Assembly: GCA_037481835.1 (NCBI GenBank)
Contig: JBBFKW010000002.1
Location: 32,001-96,000 of the forward strand
Origin: Desulfosoma sp.
GTDB lineage: Bacteria; Desulfobacterota; Syntrophobacteria; Syntrophobacterales; DSM-9756
Length of the DNA stretch: 64,000 bases
Direction: 5' to 3'
A program made the translations under genes and the position numbers. This document shows positions 37,204-46,120 of this stretch, in pieces (the first letter of the stretch is position 1; every line of letters begins with the position of its first letter). Under the pieces are notes generated by a model that saw only the letters and a program-made list of their open reading frames with translations, was not told the origin of the DNA and made no database searches.

Positions 37204-38784
37204 CTAGGCCTCCTCGCGCATCCAGGAGCGGATGATGTGCGCCGCCTGCATGGGGTTTTCCTCGACAAGGGCAATGACCCGGTCCCGCAAAGGCAGGGCG
37301 TGCGGCCCTTCAAGCAGTTCTTCCGACGCTCCTTCGGGAAGGGCGGGAGGCAACTGGGGCGCTGCGGCGTGCTCACCCATTTTCTGAAACCGCTTCATGA
37401 AAGGGCGGACCACGAAGGCAAAGACCAAGACCGTGAGAAGCACGTTCAAAAGGAGCTGCTGGTGCTTTCGCAGCAAAGCCACGTACTTGTTTTCCACAGC
37501 CAGGGGCCCCGTCTGGACGTCTTCGCCGGCAAAAGCCACATTGGAGACGGTCACCTGATCCCCACGACCGTCATCGAATCCCACGGCTTTCTTGACCAGC
37601 TCTTCAAGGGTCTTTAGCTCTTGCGGGCTCCGACCCACAAAAACTTTTTCCGCAGCGCCGTTCTGCCCCGCCTGCGTCTGATAGGGGCCGTCCACGATGA
37701 CGGCCACGGAAAGCTTCTTGATGGTTCCAGGAGAGCGCACGATTTGGCGGTTCACTCGGTTGATCTCGTAGTTGACCGTTTCTTTTTGCCGGTTGAAACT
37801 CTTTTGCTGCTTTTCCTCCGATTCCAAGACCTTGCCTTCGATGTTGATGGGAGCGTCCGGGTTGCCTCGAGCTTGGGGGGAGGCCCCTTGGGAATTTTCC
37901 AGGGTTCGTTGCTGGCTTCGAACGACGGCGCTGTCAGGGTCATAGACATCTTCGGCGATCTGGATGCGGCTGAAATCCAGCTCTACGGACACCTGCGCCA
38001 CAACCTTGTCCATGCCCACCACCCTGGCGAGCATCCCTTCCACTTTGGATCGCAATTCTTCTTCCAGCCGGTTTTTGATTTCCCATTGGGCCGGGCTCAT
38101 TTCCTGGCCGTCCCCATTCCCTTCCTTCTTATAGAACACCTTCCCGTCGGTGCTCATGATGGTGACATTTTCGGGATCCAGCCCCTTGACGGCGCTGGAG
38201 ACCAAATGGGCCACGGCCTGGAGCTGTTTGGATCCGAGCTTGGCTCCCGGCTTCAGCTTGAGGAAAACCGACGCCCGGGGCGGCTTTCGATCCTCGACGA
38301 AAAGCGTCTCTTCCGGCAGGGTCAGATGGACCCGGCATTCCTGGACTTCTTCCATCTGGGAAATGGTGCGGCCCAATTCGCCCTGGAGGGCTCTTTGGTA
38401 ATTGATCTGCTGGACGAATTCCGTGCTTCCCAACCGCTGCTGGTCGAAGATTTCGAAGCCGACACCGGACCCTTTGGGGAGGCCTTCGGAGGCCAACACA
38501 AGGCGCGTCTCGTAAAGTTTTTCCTTGGGGACGGAGACGGCGTGGGATCCCGTCAGCTTATAGGGAATCTTCTTCTCTTTGAGGACATTGACGACAGCGG
38601 CCAAGTCGGCTTCGGACAAGTCCGAAAGAAGCGGCGCATAGTCCACTCGATTGAAAGTGTAAACAAGGTAAGCCAAACTGCCGGCGAGCAGGAGGGTGGA
38701 GCCGATGGAAAGGATTTTTTGAGGAAGGGATAGGTGCGCGAAGCTTTCGCGGGCCTTGCTGAAAATGAGTCTCAATTTGTCCAT
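37204..38784 (-). CDS. fliF: MS-ring protein FliF
   Basis: GVGFEIFD, NYQRALQGEL, GFDDGRGDQV; start may be GTG 38793. Confidence 0.97.
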   Translation of the reverse strand: MDKLRLIFSKARESFAHLSLPQKILSIGSTLLLAGSLAYLVYTFNRVDYAPLLSDLSEADLAAVVNVLKEKKIPYKLTGSHAVSVPKEKLYETRLVLASEGLPKGSGVGFEIFDQQRLGSTEFVQQINYQRALQGELGRTISQMEEVQECRVHLTLPEETLFVEDRKPPRASVFLKLKPGAKLGSKQLQAVAHLVSSAVKGLDPENVTIMSTDGKVFYKKEGNGDGQEMSPAQWEIKNRLEEELRSKVEGMLARVVGMDKVVAQVSVELDFSRIQIAEDVYDPDSAVVRSQQRTLENSQGASPQARGNPDAPINIEGKVLESEEKQQKSFNRQKETVNYEINRVNRQIVRSPGTIKKLSVAVIVDGPYQTQAGQNGAAEKVFVGRSPQELKTLEELVKKAVGFDDGRGDQVTVSNVAFAGEDVQTGPLAVENKYVALLRKHQQLLLNVLLTVLVFAFVVRPFMKRFQKMGEHAAAPQLPPALPEGASEELLEGPHALPLRDRVIALVEENPMQAAHIIRSWMREEA

Positions 38785-38810
38785 GATTCGCACGCCTCTT
38801 TTTCACGGTT

Positions 38811-39107
38811 CTAGAACTGCATGCGCATCACTTCGTGGTAGGCTTCCAAGGCCTTGTCCCGGACACGCATGAGCATCTTCAGGCCGATCTCCGCTTCCTG
38901 AAGCACGATCATGCTTTCGTGGATGTTTACCGCACCGCGAAGGGCGCCGTCTTCCATGGCCTTTTCGGCGTTGTTTTGAAGCGTGTTGACCTGTCCCACG
39001 GCGTTTTTGAGTTCCGCGGCAAAGGAGGGTTCCCGGCCGGATCCCGGTGCGTCGCGGAGCACCTCGACGGCTTTAGGGGTTTCGCTCCAGGGGCCTTGGA
39101 TACGCAT
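38811..39107 (-). CDS. fliE: FliE
   Basis: VRDKALEAYHEVMRMQF. Confidence 0.95.
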   Translation of the reverse strand: MRIQGPWSETPKAVEVLRDAPGSGREPSFAAELKNAVGQVNTLQNNAEKAMEDGALRGAVNIHESMIVLQEAEIGLKMLMRVRDKALEAYHEVMRMQF

Positions 39108-39129
39108 GGAATCGCTCTCCTATGGCGCC

Positions 39130-39567
39130 TCAGCGGCCCAGTTCCAGGGCCTTGAGGGCTAGGGTTTTGGCGGTGTTCAGCGCAGCCAGGTTGGCTTCGT
39201 AGGAACGGGCGGCGTTGAGCATGTTGGCCATTTCTTCCACGGGGTTGATGTTTGGCAGGCGCACCATCCCGTCGGCGTCGGCATCCGGATGGTTCGGGTC
39301 GTAGACCATCTTAAAATCCCGCCCGTCCGGCACGACGGCGACAACGTCCACCCGTTCCAGTTCCCCTTCCGCCGCTTCGCGCAGGAGGGCGTCGAAACTT
39401 TCATCGTTCGGCACACTTTCGTAGATCAAGGTCTTGCGGCGATAGGGCGTTCCTTCGGCGGTTCGGGTCGTGTTGATGTTGGCCAGGTTGGCCGAAAGGA
39501 CGTTGATCCACGCGCGATGGGCCCGAAGTCCCGATGCGCTGATTTTCATGGAAGTTTCAAAGTCCAT
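39130..39567 (-). CDS. flgC: Rod protein FlgC
   Basis: SANLANINTTR, YDPNHPDAD, ARSYEAN. Confidence 0.97.
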   Translation of the reverse strand: MDFETSMKISASGLRAHRAWINVLSANLANINTTRTAEGTPYRRKTLIYESVPNDESFDALLREAAEGELERVDVVAVVPDGRDFKMVYDPNHPDADADGMVRLPNINPVEEMANMLNAARSYEANLAALNTAKTLALKALELGR

Positions 39568-39953
39568 CAGCGCCCTCCTTCGATGGCTGTGCGCAGCAGG
39601 GTAAACTTCTTGTTGAGCAGGGTCAGCATGAACTGGTACTCCACGCTGTTGTGCGCCAGAAGCGTCATTTCCGCGTCCAAATCCACGGGACCCGTTTCCA
39701 CCACTTCGGGCTCCTTGAGGATGTCTTCCACGGATGAGGGATCGCGATGAAGGGGCGATGTGCGCACCAGAGAAATCCCGCCTTCTTCCAGCGACTCCTT
39801 CAAGGCGTCCTCGAAGGACAAACGCTTGGCCACGTAACGCGGCGTGTTCATGTTGGCCAGGTTGGCGGCCGCAACCTTCTGGTTGAGGGCGCTCAGGTTG
39901 AGCCGGTCCTCCATGAGCCCCACGGTGCGATCGATGGGATGTGTCCCTGCCAT
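39567..39953 (-). CDS. flgB: Rod protein FlgB
   Basis: AANLANMNTPRY; VDLDAEM; GGAGGAGG RBS. Confidence 0.93.
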   Translation of the reverse strand: MAGTHPIDRTVGLMEDRLNLSALNQKVAAANLANMNTPRYVAKRLSFEDALKESLEEGGISLVRTSPLHRDPSSVEDILKEPEVVETGPVDLDAEMTLLAHNSVEYQFMLTLLNKKFTLLRTAIEGGR

Positions 39954-40036
39954 GGCCTCCTCCAACGATGATCTTCTCAACTCTTATCCCACAGGGGCGC
40001 GGGAATTGCGCCTTCCCGACTCCGTTTTTCAGGAGT

Positions 40037-40052
40037 TGCAAGGCCTATACCA
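40037..40052 (-). promoter_or_regulatory. Sigma54 promoter for flgB operon
   Basis: TGGTATAGGCCTTGCA. Confidence 0.82.
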
Positions 40053-40113
40053 GAGCCCAGGTGCCGTTTTTCATGGACACGGCGGGTTCCCGGCCCGGGG
40101 ATTCCTGGAGATC

Positions 40114-40163
40114 GCCAAATCATTGACGAGGTGGGAGCCCCCGGAGTGTGTCAAGCGCCTGAC
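40114..40163. promoter_or_regulatory. Paired candidate activator sites upstream of flgB
   Basis: GCCAAATCATTGAC (40114-40127) and GTCAAGCGCCTGAC (40150-40163), 36 bp apart. Confidence 0.6.
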
Positions 40164-41560
40164 GATTCGGTGCGGAGGGCCTCCGGAAAATCTTGGGCGT
40201 ATTCATGGAGTTTGTTTCGAAGGGTTCGGACGCTGATCCCCAGGATTTCGGCGGCTCGGGTGCGGTTTCCGTCGGTTGTGGCCAGAGCCTTTTGGATCAT
40301 GCGGCGTTCCATGTCTTCCAGGCTCATGAGGGGAAACGGCCCTTCGGGGGTGTCTTCCACAGGGTCCAATTCCAGGTCGTCGGGTTCCAAAACGGGCCCT
40401 TCGCAGAGGAGCACGGCCCTTTGCAGGACGTTTTCCAGTTCCCGCACGTTTCCGGGCCAGGTGTAGGCCTGGAGCTTTCGAATGGCTTCCTCGGAGGCTT
40501 TCCGCGCGGAAGAGCCGTGGATTTTTTCGAAGCGCCGCAGGAAGTATTCCACCAGCACGGGGATGTCGTCCAAGCGCTCACGGAGGGGTGGAATTTTCAG
40601 GGGAATCACGTTCAGCCGATAATAAAGGTCCTTGCGGAAGCGCTGTTCTTTTACCGCTTCCGCCACGTTGAGGTTGGTGGTGGTGAGGACCCGCACATCG
40701 ATGGGGACGGGGTAGCGGCCGCCAAGGCGGTCGATTTCCCCTTCCTGCAGGACACGCAAGAGTTTGGCCTGGAGGTGGATGGGGATTTCGGTGATTTCGT
40801 CCAGGAGAAGCGTTCCCTGATGGGCGAGTTCGAACTTGCCTTTGCGCAACCGGTTGGCTCCCGTGAAGGCGCCTTTTTCGTAGCCGAAAAGTTCGCTTTC
40901 CAGGAGGCTTTCGGGCAGGGCCGCGCAGTTGACGGCCAAGAAGGGGCCGCGGGCCCGGTGGCTGTGCCGGTGAATGTAGCGGGCGAAGAGTTCCTTTCCC
41001 GTGCCGCTTTCTCCCTGGATGAAAACCGTGGCGTTGCTGGTGGCCACCTTGAGGGCGACGGCTTTGAGTTTCAGCATGGCGGCGTTGCGGGTGATGATCT
41101 CATCGCCCGATGCCCATTTAGACGGGGCGGCCTCCCGGGCCTCGCCTTGACGGCGCTCGTCCAGCCATGCCAGGGTTTGCATGAGTCGTTCGCGGCTTAC
41201 GGGAAGGACCCAAAAATCCTGGGCGCCTCGTTGCATGGCCTGGACGGCCAGTTCCAGGGAAGGCTCGGCGCTGAGGACGATGACGGGGAAAGAATCGTCC
41301 AGGGACTGGACGTGTTCAAGAAATTCCAAGGCCTCGGCCCCCGTGCCGTTGACGGCGATGAAAGCCGCCTGGGGAGGGTCTTTTTCCAGGAGCGACAGGG
41401 CCTGGGGCACGGTTCTGACCACGGTGCACCGGTGCCCCAGGTCTTCTACCATGGAGCGCACCGGGGAGGCCGGGGCCGGCCGACTTTCCAGCAGAGCCAC
41501 GTGCATCGGATCCATGGTCCCTTTCTTGCGATCCAGGAGGGCTGCGCTTTCGGTCGTCAT
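40151..41560 (-). CDS. Sigma54-dependent flagellar activator (FlrA/FleQ-like) with pseudo-receiver domain
   Basis: GESGTGKE, GAFTGA, LLDEI, WPGNVREL, Fis-type HTH; REC domain lacks the phospho-Asp (QAAFIA) and the conserved Lys (WVLP). Confidence 0.9.
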   Translation of the reverse strand: MTTESAALLDRKKGTMDPMHVALLESRPAPASPVRSMVEDLGHRCTVVRTVPQALSLLEKDPPQAAFIAVNGTGAEALEFLEHVQSLDDSFPVIVLSAEPSLELAVQAMQRGAQDFWVLPVSRERLMQTLAWLDERRQGEAREAAPSKWASGDEIITRNAAMLKLKAVALKVATSNATVFIQGESGTGKELFARYIHRHSHRARGPFLAVNCAALPESLLESELFGYEKGAFTGANRLRKGKFELAHQGTLLLDEITEIPIHLQAKLLRVLQEGEIDRLGGRYPVPIDVRVLTTTNLNVAEAVKEQRFRKDLYYRLNVIPLKIPPLRERLDDIPVLVEYFLRRFEKIHGSSARKASEEAIRKLQAYTWPGNVRELENVLQRAVLLCEGPVLEPDDLELDPVEDTPEGPFPLMSLEDMERRMIQKALATTDGNRTRAAEILGISVRTLRNKLHEYAQDFPEALRTESSGA

Positions 41561-43983
41561 GATGCCCCCCCGTCCTTTTCCATCATCTGGGGAGTGGGCG
41601 GCTGCAGCCTGAGGGAGTCCAGTTTCTGCTTGGCCGCGGTTTTCCACAGCTTCTTGGGGGACTGAAGCAGTTCCGCGAGGATTTTTTCCGCTTGGTCTTT
41701 CCGGCCTTCTTTGAGCAGCAGGACAGCCTTCTGGTACGTGAGCTGGTTGCGCAAATCGTCCGACTGCACCTTGGCGATCCCCAGGTCCAGCAACCGGACG
41801 GCTTGGTCATACTGGCGGTCTTTCTCGCGCACCCGACTGGCCTTGAGGCTCAACGCGACGAGGAGCGACGGGTCCTTCCAGTCGGATCGGTCGAGGCAGC
41901 GTTCGGCCCACGGCATGGCGGCGTCTTCTTTTCCCGTTTCCAAGTAACTGAGCGCGAGCATGGCCGCCAGATCCGTGGGGCAGTGATCCGGGCCGCCCCG
42001 CTGTTTGGCGAGACCTTCCACGGAACGGATCACGGAGGCGTAATCTTTCTGGGAAAAGGCGATCCGGGCCAAAAGTTCGTCTTTGGCGTCCCTAAGAGAG
42101 CCGTCGGTGACGGCCAGGCACAGGGATTTGGCTTTGTCCACCTGCCCCATTTCATAGGCCGTGCGGGCCACGGCCAGCTTCCACAGATCCTTGGGGTCCT
42201 TTTGCGCCAGGAATTCGTAGAGCGCCATGGCATCGGGACAGTACCCTAAGGATTCATAAGCCTGGGCGACGCAGGATAGAGCTTCCAGCCCGTCGTCCTC
42301 CTGGAACGCGAAGGGATCTTCTCCGTAGAGGTCGATGACTCCCTTGGCGTCCCCCGCTTCAAAGCGCTTCTTGACAAGAGAGTGAAGAACCTTCTGGCGG
42401 AGCCGGCGTAGGTCGTCATAGACAGGCGCCTTGTCGGCGGACTTCAAGGCGGCGTCGATCCGCTGCAGGCTCAGTTCCGCCTGCCCCGCGAGGTAGTCCC
42501 CGTAGGCCAGCTTGAACTGCACGAAATGCTTGAGCGGTCCCGCCAGCGGCCGGGATTCCAAGTCCTTGTAAATTTTAAAAGCCTCTTCCTGCAGTTCGCC
42601 GCCTTGGGATTCGTAGTATTCGGCCTTTCGAAGCCGCCCGATGAGATCCCCCTCGGAATCGGGGTAATGGACTTGGATGTGTGCATAGAGTTTATCGGCT
42701 TGAGCTCGGTTTCCCTCGTGAAGGTAACTTTCGGCGATCCGTGCCAGGACGATGTCCTTGTCCGGGATGTCCGGGGCCAGGTTGAGGTAGCGAATGAGCG
42801 AGGTCCGGCTCGCTGCGAAATCCTTCAGAGCGAACGCCGCTTCCCCGATCGTTCTCAAGATTTCGGGTTGTTGCAGGTAGGCGTCGGGATGGGCCTCCGT
42901 GAGGCGCTTGAGAATGTCCAAGGCTTCGGACGCTTTTCCTGCCCGGACATAGACTTGGGCCGTGCCCAGGCGCGATCGGATGAAGTCGTCGGGTTTCAAG
43001 GGAAACTTGTCCGCTTCCTGAAAAGCCTTGAGCGCCTCCAAGGGGTTGCCGCGCGCGGCATGGATTTCGCCCAACCGAATCCAAGCCCGGGCGGTGCTTT
43101 CGTCGCGGGGATGCTCGTCGATAAGACGCTGGTAGTAGCGCTCGGCCTTTTTCACATCACCGGCCTTATCCAAGACCTCGGCCGAGCGCAGCAAGGCCAA
43201 AGGCCGGCGCGGGTTTTGCGGATCTTTCTGCACGGCCTTTTGGTATGCGGCGACGATCTGTTCGGCGGTTTCCGGAAGAGCCCCTTTGAGCCCTTCGTAC
43301 GTCATGTCTGCAATGTCGAAAGGAGATCCAACCTCGATGGGTCGAACGATTCTCTTGGCATGGACTCCGGGTTCTTTGTCTTTGGAAGATTTTTCCAATG
43401 AGGGGCCTTCAGAGCGGGGCGCCGTCGTCGGGTCGGGTGCCGCCCCTTGGGCGGAGGCCGTCGCATCGCCGGGCACGGACGCTGCGGACGCGAGAGAGGA
43501 TGAAGATGCTTCGCTTTTTGATTCGGCGGGTGACTGCGCCTGGAGTTTTTCCGGTTCTTTAAACCGCAGCGCGCTCACGCCGGGCAACCCGAAGTCGATG
43601 ACCACGCGATAGCCGTCTTGACGGTGCTGCTCATCTTCCAGGGTGAAAACTTTAGCCTGCGTCATGTCTTCTTTGAGAAAAACCCTGAGCTGGGGCTCCG
43701 GACCGTCCTTTTGAAGGAGAAGTTTTTGGATCTTTCCCCGAGGGGTTCGAGGAAGGATCTTGCGGGTCTCGGGGCTTTCCAGCGCGCCGAAAGAGATGGC
43801 CCATTGGCGATCCGCGAGGCGGGAGACCGCGATCGGTCGATCGCCCGTGCACTGCACCACAAGGCGCGTGTGTGTGGGATGAAGGCCGATGCGCACCTCC
43901 TGGAGCACGGTCGCCCCCCAGGCCGGAAAAGCAAGGAAGACGTTCAGGAAAATGACGGCAGCCCGCATCCTTTTTCGGTTCAT
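41557..43983 (-). CDS. Exported AMIN-like plus TPR-repeat protein
   Basis: Signal peptide (..AFPAWG), VRIGLHPTHTRLVV..YRVVIDF, S/P/A-rich linker, many TPR-like repeats; stop overlaps the activator ATG. Confidence 0.85.
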   Translation of the reverse strand: MNRKRMRAAVIFLNVFLAFPAWGATVLQEVRIGLHPTHTRLVVQCTGDRPIAVSRLADRQWAISFGALESPETRKILPRTPRGKIQKLLLQKDGPEPQLRVFLKEDMTQAKVFTLEDEQHRQDGYRVVIDFGLPGVSALRFKEPEKLQAQSPAESKSEASSSSLASAASVPGDATASAQGAAPDPTTAPRSEGPSLEKSSKDKEPGVHAKRIVRPIEVGSPFDIADMTYEGLKGALPETAEQIVAAYQKAVQKDPQNPRRPLALLRSAEVLDKAGDVKKAERYYQRLIDEHPRDESTARAWIRLGEIHAARGNPLEALKAFQEADKFPLKPDDFIRSRLGTAQVYVRAGKASEALDILKRLTEAHPDAYLQQPEILRTIGEAAFALKDFAASRTSLIRYLNLAPDIPDKDIVLARIAESYLHEGNRAQADKLYAHIQVHYPDSEGDLIGRLRKAEYYESQGGELQEEAFKIYKDLESRPLAGPLKHFVQFKLAYGDYLAGQAELSLQRIDAALKSADKAPVYDDLRRLRQKVLHSLVKKRFEAGDAKGVIDLYGEDPFAFQEDDGLEALSCVAQAYESLGYCPDAMALYEFLAQKDPKDLWKLAVARTAYEMGQVDKAKSLCLAVTDGSLRDAKDELLARIAFSQKDYASVIRSVEGLAKQRGGPDHCPTDLAAMLALSYLETGKEDAAMPWAERCLDRSDWKDPSLLVALSLKASRVREKDRQYDQAVRLLDLGIAKVQSDDLRNQLTYQKAVLLLKEGRKDQAEKILAELLQSPKKLWKTAAKQKLDSLRLQPPTPQMMEKDGGAS

Positions 43984-44145
43984 GGCGCTCCGTCCTCTGT
44001 AAGGATTCCCCGCATCCAGGGTTTTCACAAAAAGGGCCAGCCCCCGGCCGCTCGGGCTGTTCGGCGAAGCATCCCCGGCCGTCGGCGCCCATTGCGCTTC
44101 TCTAGGGCGAAAAGCTTGCAGCCTTGTGGATCCCTGCACCAATTT

Positions 44146-44161
44146 AGCAACGGGCATACCA
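44146..44161 (-). promoter_or_regulatory. Sigma54 promoter for TPR gene and activator
   Basis: TGGTATGCCCGTTGCT. Confidence 0.72.
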
Positions 44162-44450
44162 ATCCTAAGGCGAAGGCGGAGCGGCCTTGGACGCCATCCG
44201 CATGGCCGGCAGGCCCGCTTCCAGCCAAGGGTTCGTTCGCTGTGCTCCTCTACAAGGACACGGCGGCGCCGAACGACGGAGACCGTCTTTTGGTCCCTTG
44301 CTTCGCGTGGAGGAGCCTGTCCGAAATCGTGAGCCGGAGGGGGGCTTGGCGCGGGACCGAGGTGTTCCGTCCAGCCGGGAGGGTGTTGGGGTTCGCTGGG
44401 ATGCAAACCCCAACACGATTCCAAGGGTTTCCACCACCTGAGACCGAGAT

Positions 44451-44481
44451 GTAGGTTGGGGTGAGCGCAGCGAACCCCAAC
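44451..44481 (+). repeat. GTAG-type REP hairpin
   Basis: GTAGGTTGGGGTGAGCGCAGCGAACCCCAAC; further copies at 47039, 51950 and 52010. Confidence 0.85.
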
Positions 44482-44510
44482 ACGAATGGCCGCATTTCCA
44501 GCAAATTATT

Positions 44511-44536
44511 GACTCTCGCTTGCGCGGGAGTGACGG
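44511..44536 (-). repeat. CGTC-type REP hairpin
   Basis: Minus strand CCGTCACTCCCGCGCAAGCGAGAGTC; related copy at 46984-47010. Confidence 0.7.
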
Positions 44537-44615
44537 CCTGAGGCGCTTTCGGACACGCCCCTTGGCCTTGCCTGCGGGGGAAAAACGGCGATCCCCTTGG
44601 GGCAACGTGCAGATT

Positions 44616-44629
44616 GTCAAGAAAATGAC
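44616..44629. promoter_or_regulatory. GTCA-N6-TGAC candidate activator site
   Basis: GTCAAGAAAATGAC upstream of the TPR-gene promoter, beyond the miniature element. Confidence 0.5.
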
Positions 44630-44641
44630 GATGGGAAGGGC

Positions 44642-44667
44642 GGTCTCGGGGCCAAGGCCCCGAGACC
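44642..44667 (-). terminator. Perfect hairpin downstream of U32 gene
   Basis: GGTCTCGGGGCC-AA-GGCCCCGAGACC; no strong U tract. Confidence 0.55.
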
Positions 44668-44683
44668 CTGAGGAAAGGCGGCT

Positions 44684-45715
44684 TTAGGCGTAAAGGCCTT
44701 TGATGTGGCGGTGGAGTTCGCGGGTTTTTTCCATGCGGGCGCGATCCCGGTCCAGGGCGATGGCGTTCAGTTCCTCTTGGAGCGGCACGAGCGCGGGATC
44801 ATCATGGGGCTTTCCCGCACGATGGGCGTCGATCATGGCACGGTAAAGAGCGATCATCCGGCTGATGAGGCTCACCGCGTATTCGCGTCCCTGGACCTTG
44901 AGCGTGGTCAGGCCCAGGTCCATGTAGTCCCACAGTTCCTTGCCGTTGATGGCGAAGGCCACGTTGGGGTGGCGGCGGATCCGATCGTTGATGCTTTGAA
45001 TTTCCTGGTCGCTTCGGCCGCGCTTTTTCAGCACCTTTTCCCTTTGTTCGTCCGTCAAAAGGCACAGGCGGAAGCAACTGCCGCTTCGGTCCGGCCAGCC
45101 TTCGTATTCTACGATTTCGTTGCCGTCTTCATCGTAATAAATCTTCTTGATGTAGGAATCGCTGATGAGCTCGTGGAAACTGCAGTTGCCCACGCCGCCG
45201 ACGCAGCGATTGCCGTGGATGAGCACTTCCGTGCCCACCCCTTCCGCATCGGCGTCCGCCTTGAAGCGGCGGAGCTTTTCCACTGTATTGATTTCCGTGC
45301 TCGCGACAATCTGGTGCACGCCGTAAGCCTTGTATTGGGCGATTTGGGACCGGGTCTGGATGTTGCACCCCACGCTGGCGTGGATGACCAATTCCGGGAA
45401 ATTTTGAGCGACCATCTGCATGACCGCCGGGGTTTTGACGATGATACCCTCCGCGCCCCATGCGGCGTACTTGGCGATCTTTTTCATGGCGAGCATGAAT
45501 TTTTCTTCGGGGATTTCCGCATTGAGCGCCACGCGGATTTTTCCTTTGAACGGCTTGGCGACTTCGACGGCCTCCCGGATTTGGGAATCTTCCATTTCCC
45601 ACGCGCACTTTCTGCGGCTGAACCCTTTGGATCCCACATAGACTGCATCGGCGCCGTTCTTGAGCACGCCTTCCACCATTTCAAGACTGCCACCCGGGGC
45701 CAGCAGTTCGTTCAT
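44684..45715 (-). CDS. Peptidase U32 family Fe-S protein (UbiU/TrhP/RlhA-like hydroxylase)
   Basis: [27 protein letters not shown]...[24 protein letters not shown]. Confidence 0.88.
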   Translation of the reverse strand: MNELLAPGGSLEMVEGVLKNGADAVYVGSKGFSRRKCAWEMEDSQIREAVEVAKPFKGKIRVALNAEIPEEKFMLAMKKIAKYAAWGAEGIIVKTPAVMQMVAQNFPELVIHASVGCNIQTRSQIAQYKAYGVHQIVASTEINTVEKLRRFKADADAEGVGTEVLIHGNRCVGGVGNCSFHELISDSYIKKIYYDEDGNEIVEYEGWPDRSGSCFRLCLLTDEQREKVLKKRGRSDQEIQSINDRIRRHPNVAFAINGKELWDYMDLGLTTLKVQGREYAVSLISRMIALYRAMIDAHRAGKPHDDPALVPLQEELNAIALDRDRARMEKTRELHRHIKGLYA

Positions 45716-45768
45716 AGGGGCCTCCTTTGACCAATGACTGCCGCTCGCACTGAAAGAGAGCAGGACAT

Positions 45769-45836
45769 GACGGTTGGTTTTCATCCTAATGAAATGGCTC
45801 GCCGAACGCAAGACCCTCATGGTTGCTCCAACCGTC
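45769..45836 (-). other. Three-way-junction-like structured element in the U32 leader
   Basis: 9-bp perfect outer stem GACGGTTGG/CCAACCGTC enclosing two hairpins. Confidence 0.4.
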
Positions 45837-46120
45837 TGCGCACCGAAGAAAATAGGGCTTGCCCATAAAGCTTTGGACAGTGTAAGCGATCCTGCGACAA
45901 GGATGGACTTCATGGGCGATGGCTAAGAAAGGCTCGGTGGGCCGCCAAGGAGCGCTTGAACTTTCTTTCCTCGGATCGGGGCGAACCGGCACGCGGGATT
46001 TCCAGCGCGCCGAGCCCGCTTCACGGCGGGACCGTTCCCGGGGTGAAGAAATGCCTGCCAGTTTCGGGCTTGCGCCCGAACGGAAATCCATGGGAGGAAA
46101 AAACTACGAGGAGGCAGCCG

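Larger units (their letters stand above)
44313..44560. mobile_element. Miniature inverted-repeat element with IS5-like ends carrying REP-type hairpins
   Basis: Ends GAGCCTGTCCGAAA and TTTCGGACACGCCC (12/14 complementary); internal hairpins at 44383-44416, 44451-44481 and 44511-44536. Confidence 0.62.

Noticed and set aside
44500..44513. AGCAAATTATTGAC as another activator site
   Set aside because: Lies within the repeat element, and TGAC overlaps the REP stem
44165..44620. Short ORFs containing WGSLRSPQPT/LGFAALTPTY (also near 47.0 and 52.0 kb)
   Set aside because: Translations of REP hairpins, not genes
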